From an uncultured Brachyspira sp. (GTDB taxonomy: Bacteria > Spirochaetota > JAAYUW01): DNA of 64,000 nt. Below, piece after piece: positions 9,301 to 18,771 of the stretch. Each line of letters starts with the position of its first letter. Position 1 is the first letter of the stretch. Where the stretch lies: contig CAYVTU010000011.1 in assembly GCA_964454835.1 (NCBI GenBank), forward strand, positions 26,243-90,242. The letters are read 5' to 3'. The position numbers and the translations under genes are program-made. The notes beneath the pieces are model-generated. The model was not told the origin of the DNA. It made no database searches and saw nothing but the letters and a program-made list of their open reading frames with translations.

Positions 9301-11070
9301 ATGATAAATTTAAAAATTGATGGAATAGAGATTTCTGTTGATAATGGTACAACAATTCTTAGAGCTGCACAAAAATTAGGTATAAATATACCAACACTCT
9401 GTTATCATGAAGATTTACCTCCTACTGGCAATTGTGGATTATGTATTGTCGAGCAAAAAGGTGGAAAAACAGTTAGAGCATGCTCGACTCCAGTAGCTAC
9501 TGGAATGGAGATATTTACTAGAACACCTTCTCTTTTAAGGGCTAGAAAAACTGTAGTTGAACTTCTTTTATCAAATCACCCAAATGATTGTTTAGAATGC
9601 CCTAAAAACGGAGTATGTGAATTACAGAAAATTGCTGCAAGTCTTGGTATAAGACAAATTTCATATAATCATATTGATAGAACAATAACTAAACTTGATG
9701 ATTCTTCTCCATCAATTATTTTAAGACCTTCTTATTGTATTCAATGTGGAAGATGTACTCAGGTCTGCCAAAATGTTCAGAATGTTCATGCACTTGAGAC
9801 AAGTTTTAGAGGATTCAATTCCTTTGTTGGACCAACAATGGAAAGAGTATTAGATAATTCTGAATGCGTAAAATGCGGACAATGTTCTGCTGTTTGTCCA
9901 GTTGGAGCAATAGTTGAAAAAGATGATACTTCATTGGTTCTCGATGCATTAAATAATCCCGAACTGGTTGTTGTTGCCCAAGAGGCACCAGCTGTAAGAG
10001 TAGCACTTGGAGAAGAATTTGGACTTCCAGTAGGAACAAATGTAGTTAAAAAGATGTATACTGCTTTAAGAAAACTTGGATTCAAATATGTTTTTGACAC
10101 AAATTTTGGAGCAGATTTAACAATAATAGAAGAAGCAAGTGAGTTTGTTGAAATTTTCAAAGAAAATCCCGATGAATTTCCTTTGATTACTTCTTGTTGT
10201 CCTTCCTGGGTTGACTATCTTGAAAAATTTTTCCCTGACTTAATTCCTCATTTTTCAACCGCTAAATCTCCTCATCAAATGCTTGGAACAATGGTTAAAA
10301 CTTATTGGGCACAGAAGATGAATATTTCAGCTGATAAAATATTTTTAGTTTCTGTAATGCCCTGCACTGCTAAAAAATATGAAATCGAAAGAATGGAAGA
10401 TATGTATGCTTCGGGGTATAAAGATGTTGATGCTACTATTACGACAAGAGAACTTGCAAGAATGCTTAAACAAGTAGGAATTGATTTACCAACCCTTGAA
10501 GAAAGTGAAGCAGATAATCCACTAGGTGAATATTCAGGAGCAGGAACAATATTTGGAGCATCAGGTGGAGTTATGGAAGCTGCACTAAGGACAGCATATT
10601 ATTATTTAACAAATAAAGAGCTTCCAAATCCCGATATTCCATTTGTTAGAGGAACTAAAGGGATAAAAGAAGGAGAGATTGAAGTTTTAGGAAAAAAAGT
10701 ACGAATTGCAGTTGCTTCTGGTCTTTCAAATGTTGAAAAAATTTTATTGAGAGTAAGAGAAGCTAAAGAAAATAAAAAAGAGATTCCATATCATTTCATA
10801 GAAGTAATGGCTTGTTTTGGAGGTTGCGTAGGTGGTGGTGGTCAACCTTATGGTTCAACAATCAAAAAGAGGGAAATCAGGGCGCAAGGATTATATAATG
10901 AAGATAAATCTTTACCTCATAGAGAATCACATAATAACCCTTCCATTCAAAAACTTTACAAAGAATTCTTAGAAAAGCCATTATCAACAAAATCAAAAAA
11001 GTATTTGCATACTCATTATATTCCAAGACCTCTATTCAAAGGAGTTCATGGAGGAAAATGGAGAGAATAG
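9301..11070 (+). CDS. hydA: [FeFe]-hydrogenase catalytic subunit, monomeric CpI-like
   Basis: N-terminal 2Fe-2S ferredoxin-like domain. Two CxxCxxCxxxCP motifs are present. The H-cluster motifs are TSCCPSW, MPCTAKKYE and EVMACFGGCVGGGGQP. A GGGGAG SD lies 6 nt before the ATG at 9301. Confidence 0.9.
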   Translation: MINLKIDGIEISVDNGTTILRAAQKLGINIPTLCYHEDLPPTGNCGLCIVEQKGGKTVRACSTPVATGMEIFTRTPSLLRARKTVVELLLSNHPNDCLECPKNGVCELQKIAASLGIRQISYNHIDRTITKLDDSSPSIILRPSYCIQCGRCTQVCQNVQNVHALETSFRGFNSFVGPTMERVLDNSECVKCGQCSAVCPVGAIVEKDDTSLVLDALNNPELVVVAQEAPAVRVALGEEFGLPVGTNVVKKMYTALRKLGFKYVFDTNFGADLTIIEEASEFVEIFKENPDEFPLITSCCPSWVDYLEKFFPDLIPHFSTAKSPHQMLGTMVKTYWAQKMNISADKIFLVSVMPCTAKKYEIERMEDMYASGYKDVDATITTRELARMLKQVGIDLPTLEESEADNPLGEYSGAGTIFGASGGVMEAALRTAYYYLTNKELPNPDIPFVRGTKGIKEGEIEVLGKKVRIAVASGLSNVEKILLRVREAKENKKEIPYHFIEVMACFGGCVGGGGQPYGSTIKKREIRAQGLYNEDKSLPHRESHNNPSIQKLYKEFLEKPLSTKSKKYLHTHYIPRPLFKGVHGGKWRE

Positions 11071-11084
11071 AATAATTAAGATAT

Positions 11085-13544
11085 TTATTCTTTCACTATA
11101 AAATTAATTATTTTATCCTGCACAAAAACAATGTTCTGTATTTTTTCTTCATTGACATATTTACTTACATTTGCTTGTTTTAAGCTTTCTTCCGAAACCA
11201 TCTCTTTATTTGAACCAGAAGGCATATCAATGGTTGCCCTTTTCTTACCATTTACCATTATAGCATAAGTGACAACATTATCTATAATTTTCTGAGAATC
11301 ATATTCTGGCCAGAGTGCTTCTCTTTTTCCAATAGGCAAAAATATAGGTTTACTATCTCCAACTCTTTCCCATAAATGCTCTGCAAGATGAGGTGCAAAA
11401 GGTGAAAGCAGGATAACATATTTTTGTGCAACTATTCTAGGTATTGAAGAAATTTTTATAAGTTCATTTAAAAGTATCATTAAAGCAGAAATTGCAGTGT
11501 TATATGCTGAAATAGATTCTATATCTTCTGATACTTTTTTAATTGTTTTATTTAATAGTTTATCAATTTCTTCTGGTAAAGTTTGAGAATTTAAGTCAAC
11601 TTTTATAAAATAAGAATAGACCCTTTCTAAAAATCTTCTTATTCCACCTATAGAATTTTTATTCCATGGCTTCGAAGTTTCCAAAGGCCCCATGAACATT
11701 TCATACATTCTAAATGTATCTGCGCCATATTCTTTAACTATATCATCAGGATTGATAACATTTCCTCTAGATTTAGACATCTTTTGATTATCTTCTCCAA
11801 GAATAATTCCTTGATTTCTCAATTTGATAAAAGGTTCAGCTGAATTTACAAGTCCCAAATCAAACAAAAACTTATGCCAGAATCTTGCATAAAGAAGGTG
11901 CAATACAGCATGTTCCTTCCCTCCCACATAAATATCTACTGGCATCCAATAATTTTGTTTTTGAATTGAAGTAAATTCTTTATCATTATGCGGATCAGTA
12001 TATCTCAGATAGTACCAACAGCTTCCAGCCCAGTTAGGCATTGTATTTGTTTCTCTTTCGGCATCTAAACCGCATTTAGGACATTTTACTTTAACCCAGG
12101 ATTCTACTTTGGCTAGTGGCGAATTTCCATCTCCAGATGGTTCATAAGATTCAACCTGAGGAAGTAACAGTGGAAGTTCGGTTTCTTTTAATGGTACATG
12201 ACCGCACTTTGGACAATTTATTATTGGAATTGGTTCTCCCCAATATCTCTGTCGGGAAAAAATCCAGTCTCTTAACTTATAGGTTACGGCAAATTTCCCT
12301 TTACCAATTTTTGTAAGTTTTTCTATTATTTTTTTTGTGCATTCTTTTGTTGTCAAATTTGAAAATTCGGCACTATTTATAGAAAAACCTTCCTCAACAA
12401 AAGCTTCCTTTAATTCATAGGTCTTACCTAATTCATTTGTAACGACTTGAATTATAGGAAGATCAAACTTTTTAGCAAATTCAAAATCTCTTTCATCATG
12501 GCCAGGAACAGCCATTATCGCACCTGTACCATACTGTATAAGTATATAATCTGAGATAAATATTGGTATTTTCTTACCTGTCAAAGGATGTATAGCATAA
12601 GCACCAGTAAAGGCACCGGTCTTATCTTTATTTAATGATGTTCTTTCGAGATCAGACTTATTTGTGGCTTCTTTTTTATATTTTGCTATAACCTCTTTTT
12701 GAGAAGTTGTTGTAATTTCATCCACAATGGGATGTTCAGGAGCAAGAACAAGATAAGTAGCACCATAAAGAGTATCAGCTCTTGTTGTGAAAACTTCTAT
12801 TTCCTTATCTTTTCCTTCAATATCAAATTTGATAATTGCACCTTCTGATCTACCTATCCAATTTCTTTGCATAGTTTTAATATCTTCTGGCCAATCAACC
12901 AGATCCAAATCTTTTAGCAATCTTTCTGCATAAGCTGTTATTTTTAATATCCATTGATCTATAAGTCTTCTTTCAACTGGTGTTCCACATCTTTCGCATT
13001 TTCCATCAACTACCTCTTCATTTGCAACGCCAGTTTTACAGGATGGACAATAATTTATAGGTGCTTTAGATTTATAAGCAAGACCTTTTTCAAAGAGTTT
13101 TAAAAATATCCATTGTGTCCATTTAAAATATTCTGGGTCAGTCGTACTGAATGACCTTGACCAATCATAAGAAAAACCAAGTGATTTTATCTGTTTAGTA
13201 AATGTTTTAATATTTTTTTCTGTTGTAACAGAAGGATGAATTTTAGTCTTTATTGCATAATTTTCTGCTGGTAAACCAAAAGAATCAAATCCCATAGGAT
13301 GAAGAACATTAAATCCTTTTAGTCTATAATATCTTGATAATATATCTGTGGCTGTATAACCTTCAGGGTGACCTACATGCAATCCTTCACCAGAAGGATA
13401 AGGAAACATATCGAGTATATATATTCTTTTATCTTTTGAATAAGATTCATCTTCCTTTACTTCGTTGCATTTGTTTTCTTCCCAATATTTTTGCCATTTC
13501 TGTTCGATTTCAGTATGATTATAGCTTTCCATATAATACCTCAT
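11085..13544 (-). CDS. leuS: Leucyl-tRNA synthetase
   Basis: 819 aa. The HIGH region (PYPSGEGLHVGH) and KMSKS are present, with the length and architecture of LeuS. Confidence 0.95.
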   Translation of the reverse strand: MRYYMESYNHTEIEQKWQKYWEENKCNEVKEDESYSKDKRIYILDMFPYPSGEGLHVGHPEGYTATDILSRYYRLKGFNVLHPMGFDSFGLPAENYAIKTKIHPSVTTEKNIKTFTKQIKSLGFSYDWSRSFSTTDPEYFKWTQWIFLKLFEKGLAYKSKAPINYCPSCKTGVANEEVVDGKCERCGTPVERRLIDQWILKITAYAERLLKDLDLVDWPEDIKTMQRNWIGRSEGAIIKFDIEGKDKEIEVFTTRADTLYGATYLVLAPEHPIVDEITTTSQKEVIAKYKKEATNKSDLERTSLNKDKTGAFTGAYAIHPLTGKKIPIFISDYILIQYGTGAIMAVPGHDERDFEFAKKFDLPIIQVVTNELGKTYELKEAFVEEGFSINSAEFSNLTTKECTKKIIEKLTKIGKGKFAVTYKLRDWIFSRQRYWGEPIPIINCPKCGHVPLKETELPLLLPQVESYEPSGDGNSPLAKVESWVKVKCPKCGLDAERETNTMPNWAGSCWYYLRYTDPHNDKEFTSIQKQNYWMPVDIYVGGKEHAVLHLLYARFWHKFLFDLGLVNSAEPFIKLRNQGIILGEDNQKMSKSRGNVINPDDIVKEYGADTFRMYEMFMGPLETSKPWNKNSIGGIRRFLERVYSYFIKVDLNSQTLPEEIDKLLNKTIKKVSEDIESISAYNTAISALMILLNELIKISSIPRIVAQKYVILLSPFAPHLAEHLWERVGDSKPIFLPIGKREALWPEYDSQKIIDNVVTYAIMVNGKKRATIDMPSGSNKEMVSEESLKQANVSKYVNEEKIQNIVFVQDKIINFIVKE

Positions 13545-13647
13545 ATTTTAATATAATTTTTTTTCTTAACTAACTTGAAATAAAAAATATTTTATTTTAT
13601 TTTGATGTCAATAGAAAAGTATTATATAGAAAGTATCATATTGCTAT

Positions 13648-13674
13648 TAAATGAATTAGATTAATTACCGATAT
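13648..13674 (+). promoter_or_regulatory. sigma28/sigmaD-type promoter: TAAA-N15-ACCGATAT
   Basis: TAAA at 13648-13651, a spacer of exactly 15 nt, then ACCGATAT at 13667-13674. It lies 37 nt upstream of the ATG at 13711. Same architecture as the fliS promoter in this window. Confidence 0.45.
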
Positions 13675-13710
13675 TTGAGGTAATGAAATAAAAAATATTC
13701 AGGAAGTCTT

Positions 13711-14736
13711 ATGCAAAAATTGATTAATCCAGATAATAATGATCTTATCTATGGTAAAATTGATGAAGAAATAATTATAAACTATAAAGATTATGAATTA
13801 AGATCGATTTTTGATAATAAACTACCCTCAATAATTCAAAAATATAGATTTCACAAATTTAATTTCGTTTTATTAATAACAGATACTCATGTTTTTGGAA
13901 TAGGAATAGTTGGTCTTTCCTATATCTCTAATATATTTATATTTTCCTATTCATTTCAAGATAAAGAATTTTTTGAAACAGATAGAAAAATCCCATTCGA
14001 AAAAAATCTTAAATATCCTGTTGATCCAGAAAATTTTATTATTTCATACAAAACAAAAAATGATTCATTGATTATAGAAAAAAATAAAATAAACTCAGAA
14101 TTAATTATAAAAGCTAATTTTAAAAATTTTATCGATATTGATTCCAAGTTTTTTTATGGAGCAAAAACAAATAATCCCTTAAGAATATGTGCACCAAATG
14201 GAGTTAATTGTTGGACTTTTACCGAAAAATGCACTGGCATTGAACCAACTTATTTGAAAATTAAAATCAAAGATAAGATTATTCAACCCGATATATCGAA
14301 AACAACTCTATTATACGATTGGTCATGTGGATATATGAAAAGGCTTACAAACTGGCATTGGGCTGCGTTTTCTGCTGTTGATCCAAATTTAAAGATGACT
14401 TTAGGGGGAAATTTTGCCTCTTTTATCAATGAAACATATATAACTGAAAATGCTTTCTGGGTTGACCACCAGATGAATAAGTTGAATCAGGTCATTTTCA
14501 GATTTGAAGATAATGATCCAAATAAAAATTGGTATATTAGTAGTGATGATAATAGAATAAAAATAACATTTGTTCCAATCAAATCAAGGATTCAAAAATT
14601 AAATGCGGGATTTTTAAAAATATATTTTAGACAATATTTAGGAATTTTTTCAGGAACTTTAAATACAGATAGTAAAAAAGAGATTCAGTTTGAAAATGCA
14701 TGGGGTGTTACTGAAATTCAGAGAGCTCTCTGGTAA
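13711..14736 (+). CDS. Uncharacterized 341-aa protein (no recognisable catalytic motif), apparently under a sigma28-type promoter
   Basis: Long clean ORF, Trp-rich in the C-terminal half. No TM segment or signal peptide is obvious. Confidence 0.6.
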   Translation: MQKLINPDNNDLIYGKIDEEIIINYKDYELRSIFDNKLPSIIQKYRFHKFNFVLLITDTHVFGIGIVGLSYISNIFIFSYSFQDKEFFETDRKIPFEKNLKYPVDPENFIISYKTKNDSLIIEKNKINSELIIKANFKNFIDIDSKFFYGAKTNNPLRICAPNGVNCWTFTEKCTGIEPTYLKIKIKDKIIQPDISKTTLLYDWSCGYMKRLTNWHWAAFSAVDPNLKMTLGGNFASFINETYITENAFWVDHQMNKLNQVIFRFEDNDPNKNWYISSDDNRIKITFVPIKSRIQKLNAGFLKIYFRQYLGIFSGTLNTDSKKEIQFENAWGVTEIQRALW

Positions 14737-15720
14737 TTAAAAATAACCTTGAGGGAATAGAATAACATCTTCTATTTTTTCTTTACATAATAAAATCATA
14801 ATCAGTCTATCAATTCCAAGAGCAATTCCACTGGTTTGAGGCATTCCTTTTTTCAAGTTTTCAATAAATCTATTATCAAGATGGTATTTATTCATTTTTT
14901 TTTCTTCTCTTATTTTCAGTTCTTCCTGGAATCTTTTTTCCTGTTCAAATCCATCAGTAAGTTCATCAAAGCCATTTGCAAGTTCTATACCTTGAATATA
15001 TAACTCAAATCTTTCAGCTATTTTATCAGAACCTTTTCTTAGTTTAGCCAAAGAAGCCTGATAATAAGGGTATCCACAAAGGAAAACAGCTTTTTTCTTT
15101 TGTAAAAATGGTTCAATCTTTGTTACCATATCTATATCAAATCTCTTGGGATCAAAAGTTTCAATAGGGTCCCATCCGCAAAGCTGTTTATAAATATCTC
15201 TTATTTCAATCTTCTCAAAAGGAAAATTTAAAGACGAAAATAAATTCTCGCACTTCTTTTTATCTATTTCATAATTAGGAGTGGATTCAAGAAATTTTTG
15301 AATCATTTCAATTTCTAGTTTAATAATTTGCTCACAATCGCTCATTATCTTTTCTATTGAACTATTTTTTCTATACCATTCACACATAGTAAATTCTGTT
15401 TGATGTAAATCTGAACAATTTTCTTTTCTAAAGCATTTTATAATTTGAAATATTTTATCGTATCCTGCCATAATCAAAAGCTTCATCTGTATTTCAGGAG
15501 AAGCTATTAAAAATCTTTCCTCACTTTTAAATGTTTCTATATTTGATTCAGGTGCGGGTGATTTTATTCTTATAGGAGTATCAACTTCGATGAAATTTTG
15601 CTGGGTAAAATATTCTCTTATTACTTTATAAAATTCCATTCTTAGCTTAGAAATTACTTTTTTTCTTTCTAAAATGAACCTTTCTTTTTCAACCAAAATA
15701 ATCTCTTTATCATCTGTCAT
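14737..15720 (-). CDS. epmA: EF-P lysine beta-lysyltransferase (GenX/PoxA-type truncated class II LysRS paralogue)
   Basis: RFELYIQGIELANGFDELTD and GMPQTSGIALGIDRL match EpmA class II motifs. At 327 aa it lacks the anticodon-binding domain. Confidence 0.8.
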   Translation of the reverse strand: MTDDKEIILVEKERFILERKKVISKLRMEFYKVIREYFTQQNFIEVDTPIRIKSPAPESNIETFKSEERFLIASPEIQMKLLIMAGYDKIFQIIKCFRKENCSDLHQTEFTMCEWYRKNSSIEKIMSDCEQIIKLEIEMIQKFLESTPNYEIDKKKCENLFSSLNFPFEKIEIRDIYKQLCGWDPIETFDPKRFDIDMVTKIEPFLQKKKAVFLCGYPYYQASLAKLRKGSDKIAERFELYIQGIELANGFDELTDGFEQEKRFQEELKIREEKKMNKYHLDNRFIENLKKGMPQTSGIALGIDRLIMILLCKEKIEDVILFPQGYF

Positions 15721-15902
15721 ATGAAACCTTTAACATTTTATTCACAATTTACTAACAATATTTTTGATTAAAAAAACATATATATTTATTGTTGTAAAAA
15801 ATATTGACAATTTTTTAGTCATTATTTATCAAGAGATTTAGGATTTTAATTTTAAAAATTTAATTTTTAATAATTTTAGAACAAATTTTTTTCACAGCTT
15901 AT

Positions 15903-17261
15903 TCACATAATTTTGTCTGCTGAATTTTTTAAAGTTTCAAGATCAAATCCCAACATTTCAGGCTTAATTCTTCCTCCTTTCATTTTTTGCATCATCTTTT
16001 TCATATTATCAAAATCTCTTTGAAGTTGAATTATATCTATAAGTTTTTTACCTGAACCTTTAGAAATTCTTTTTCTTCTAGAAGGGTTATTTATTAATAA
16101 AGGATTTTCTCTTTCTTTTTTTGTCATGGATTGAATAATTACTTTGTAATTAATAAATTTTTTTATTTGATTATTTACCTTATCTTGATTTATTTTTGCG
16201 GCACCAGGAATCATAGATAAGACCTGATCAAAACCACCCATTTTAGCTATACTTTCCAGTTGAACTAGCATATCATTATAATCAAATTTATTAGATTCTA
16301 TTTTTTTTGCTAATTTCTCTGCTTCTACAGCTGAAAACTCTTTTTCTGCCTTTTCTACAAGGGTTAAAATATCTCCCATTCCAACTATTCGTTGTGCAAT
16401 CCTTTCAGGGTAAAAATATTCAATTTTATCTAATTGTTCACCACTTGTTACAAAAACAATTGGAACTTTAGAAATATATTTTACAGATAAAGCTGCCCCA
16501 CCTTTTGCATCAGAATCAAATTTAGATAGAATTACTCCTGTTAATTTAACATATTTTGAAAACTCGGCCGCGACATCAGCAGCAACCTGCCCCGTCATTG
16601 AATCGACTACCAGTAAAGTTTCATCAGGTTTTGCTATCTTTGAAATTGTGTTGAGTTCATCCATCAGTTGTTTGTCTATTTGGAGTCTTCCAGCAGTATC
16701 AATAATTACAAGATCTAATCCTTTGGAATCTGCATAGTTAATAGCTTCTTTTACTATTCTATCGGGAGTTTTATTGGGAAGGCTAAAAACCTCTACACCC
16801 ACCTGTTGCCCAAGGATTTTTAGTTGGTCAATAGCAGCTGGTCTATATATATCAGCTGCTACAAGAAGTGGAAATTTCTGTCCCTTATACATTCTCGCAA
16901 TTTTTGCAGCTGTCGTAGTTTTACCGCTTCCCTGTAATCCCGCTAATATAATAGTGCTTCTATTTCCTTTATTTTTAATTTTAATCTCTTTTTTCCCTTC
17001 ACCAAGGAAAAAAACAAGTTCATCATATACTATTTTAATAAACTTCTCTCTTGCTGAAATTCCTTTTACGATTTGCTGCCCTATTGCTTTTTCTTTTATA
17101 TTCTTAAGAAATTCTTCTAATACTTCAAAATTGACATCTGCATCTATAAGAATTTTCTTCAACTCCTCTAATGCTTCATTAATTTTCCCTTCTGTTATTA
17201 ATCCTTTTTTAAATATTAAAGTAAGAGCATTATCGAAACCCCTTGCTATTGCTTCAAGCAT
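15903..17261 (-). CDS. ffh: Signal recognition particle protein Ffh
   Basis: The SRP54 N domain, a GTPase P-loop (GLQGSGKTTTAAKIA) and a Met-rich M domain (MKKMMQKMKGG) are present. Confidence 0.9.
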   Translation of the reverse strand: MLEAIARGFDNALTLIFKKGLITEGKINEALEELKKILIDADVNFEVLEEFLKNIKEKAIGQQIVKGISAREKFIKIVYDELVFFLGEGKKEIKIKNKGNRSTIILAGLQGSGKTTTAAKIARMYKGQKFPLLVAADIYRPAAIDQLKILGQQVGVEVFSLPNKTPDRIVKEAINYADSKGLDLVIIDTAGRLQIDKQLMDELNTISKIAKPDETLLVVDSMTGQVAADVAAEFSKYVKLTGVILSKFDSDAKGGAALSVKYISKVPIVFVTSGEQLDKIEYFYPERIAQRIVGMGDILTLVEKAEKEFSAVEAEKLAKKIESNKFDYNDMLVQLESIAKMGGFDQVLSMIPGAAKINQDKVNNQIKKFINYKVIIQSMTKKERENPLLINNPSRRKRISKGSGKKLIDIIQLQRDFDNMKKMMQKMKGGRIKPEMLGFDLETLKNSADKIM

Positions 17262-17322
17262 CTACTTCTCCTTATTAAAATATTAGTTTTACATTTTATA
17301 AGTTATTATAATTATTTATTTA

Positions 17323-18327
17323 CTAATGAAAATCTAAAAAATTAGTTTCAATATTCTTCATAAGCTCTATGACTTTTTGATAAAATTCGAAAGAGCTGTT
17401 GGTAATCTTTTTTAAAAAACCATATGCAGTATAAAAATCTTTTCTTCCATCATAATATGCCATAGCTATATAATAATTGAAGTAATCTTTATAAATAGAA
17501 CTATCTAAAATATCTATCTTTGGATATATTAATAAAATAATATGTTCATAATCTTTTTTCTCAAAATATATTGATGAAATTAAAAAATATGAATTATCAA
17601 ATAGTGAATCCTGAGGTTCTAATTTATAGATTAGATAAAATAAATTATCTAGTGCAACATCTACATTGCCTAAGACTATTTGAGTTTTAGCCATATAATA
17701 ATAAGAATATGTCTTTATTTCTGAGTTCGTTGATAACTTTGATAATGCAAAATAAGATGATGCAACGTTATATTGTTTTAGGTTAAAATAGCATACTCCA
17801 AGATAATAAGCAATTTTGGAAGCACCAATTTGTTGATATAATAATGGTTCGCTTTCTTTACCTTTAAAAAAATAATTTATTGCATCTTGGTACATACCAT
17901 TAGCAAACAAAAAAAAAGCAATATCAAAACTGGATGTTGAATTTGATGAATTTGAAATATTAGAATTCTCTAAAAATGAATCCGTAAAACCTGGATTTAT
18001 AGGAATATTGTTGTTTATAGAAATATAATAGACAATACTTCCCTTTCTAGCATTATCATAAAACTCTATAGTTGTTTGTCCGGTTTTTTTTGGCTTAAAA
18101 TGAAAGGCAACAGTATCATATGTGATATCTTTAGATACTAATGTTAGATATTCTTTGTCAATAGTCTGAATTATCCATGAATTACTATCAAACTGAATAG
18201 AAAAAATTGAATTTAATAGAACACTTTTTTGGTACTTTGATTCCTGAGCAGTTGAAAAAAAAGAAAAAATAAATAATTCAATTAAGATTATTAAGATAAA
18301 TGAAAAAGAAATTTTATGCTTTTTCAA
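17323..18327 (-). CDS. Secreted/lipoprotein-like protein with TPR-like repeats
   Basis: Signal peptide followed by Y/A-rich helical repeats (…YYMAKTQIVLGN…). Confidence 0.4.
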   Translation of the reverse strand: MKKHKISFSFILIILIELFIFSFFSTAQESKYQKSVLLNSIFSIQFDSNSWIIQTIDKEYLTLVSKDITYDTVAFHFKPKKTGQTTIEFYDNARKGSIVYYISINNNIPINPGFTDSFLENSNISNSSNSTSSFDIAFFLFANGMYQDAINYFFKGKESEPLLYQQIGASKIAYYLGVCYFNLKQYNVASSYFALSKLSTNSEIKTYSYYYMAKTQIVLGNVDVALDNLFYLIYKLEPQDSLFDNSYFLISSIYFEKKDYEHIILLIYPKIDILDSSIYKDYFNYYIAMAYYDGRKDFYTAYGFLKKITNSSFEFYQKVIELMKNIETNFLDFH

Positions 18328-18336
18328 CCTAATTCC

Positions 18337-18714
18337 TTATTTATGTAGTAAAGAATTACTAAGCTTTTTATAAACTTCTAAATTTAAATAATAATCAGTA
18401 TAATCACCAAACTCATGATATTTAATCAAATCTTGATAATCTTCTTCTTTAATATCCTTATTTATTTTATAAAATATATCAAATTTATATTCTTTTTCTA
18501 TGTAGTATTTTGGTTCAATTAATTCAAACTCGTTTTTTTCAATTATTTTAATATCCTTTTCATCATTGCTCATTGAGGTCTTTCTTGAATTTTTAACGAT
18601 AATAAAAGTAAAAATTGAAGATAAAACAACAATAATTATTATTATAATAATCGCAATTATTTTTATAGACTCATCTGGGAAAAGATAGTTTAAAAAATCT
18701 TTTAGTTTTTTCAT
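18337..18714 (-). CDS. Small membrane-anchored protein, unknown
   Basis: 125 aa with a single TM (IIAIIIIIIIVVLSSIFTFIIV). Confidence 0.35.
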   Translation of the reverse strand: MKKLKDFLNYLFPDESIKIIAIIIIIIIVVLSSIFTFIIVKNSRKTSMSNDEKDIKIIEKNEFELIEPKYYIEKEYKFDIFYKINKDIKEEDYQDLIKYHEFGDYTDYYLNLEVYKKLSNSLLHK

Positions 18715-18771
18715 ATTTTTTAATCTATAAATTAATAATTAATATTTTTAATAAATATTTTCAACTTAAAT

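Noticed and set aside
13545-13710. Possible T-box leader upstream of leuS
   Set aside because: The leader is short, and there is no AGGGTGGNACCGCG-like T-box sequence or specifier/antiterminator arrangement.
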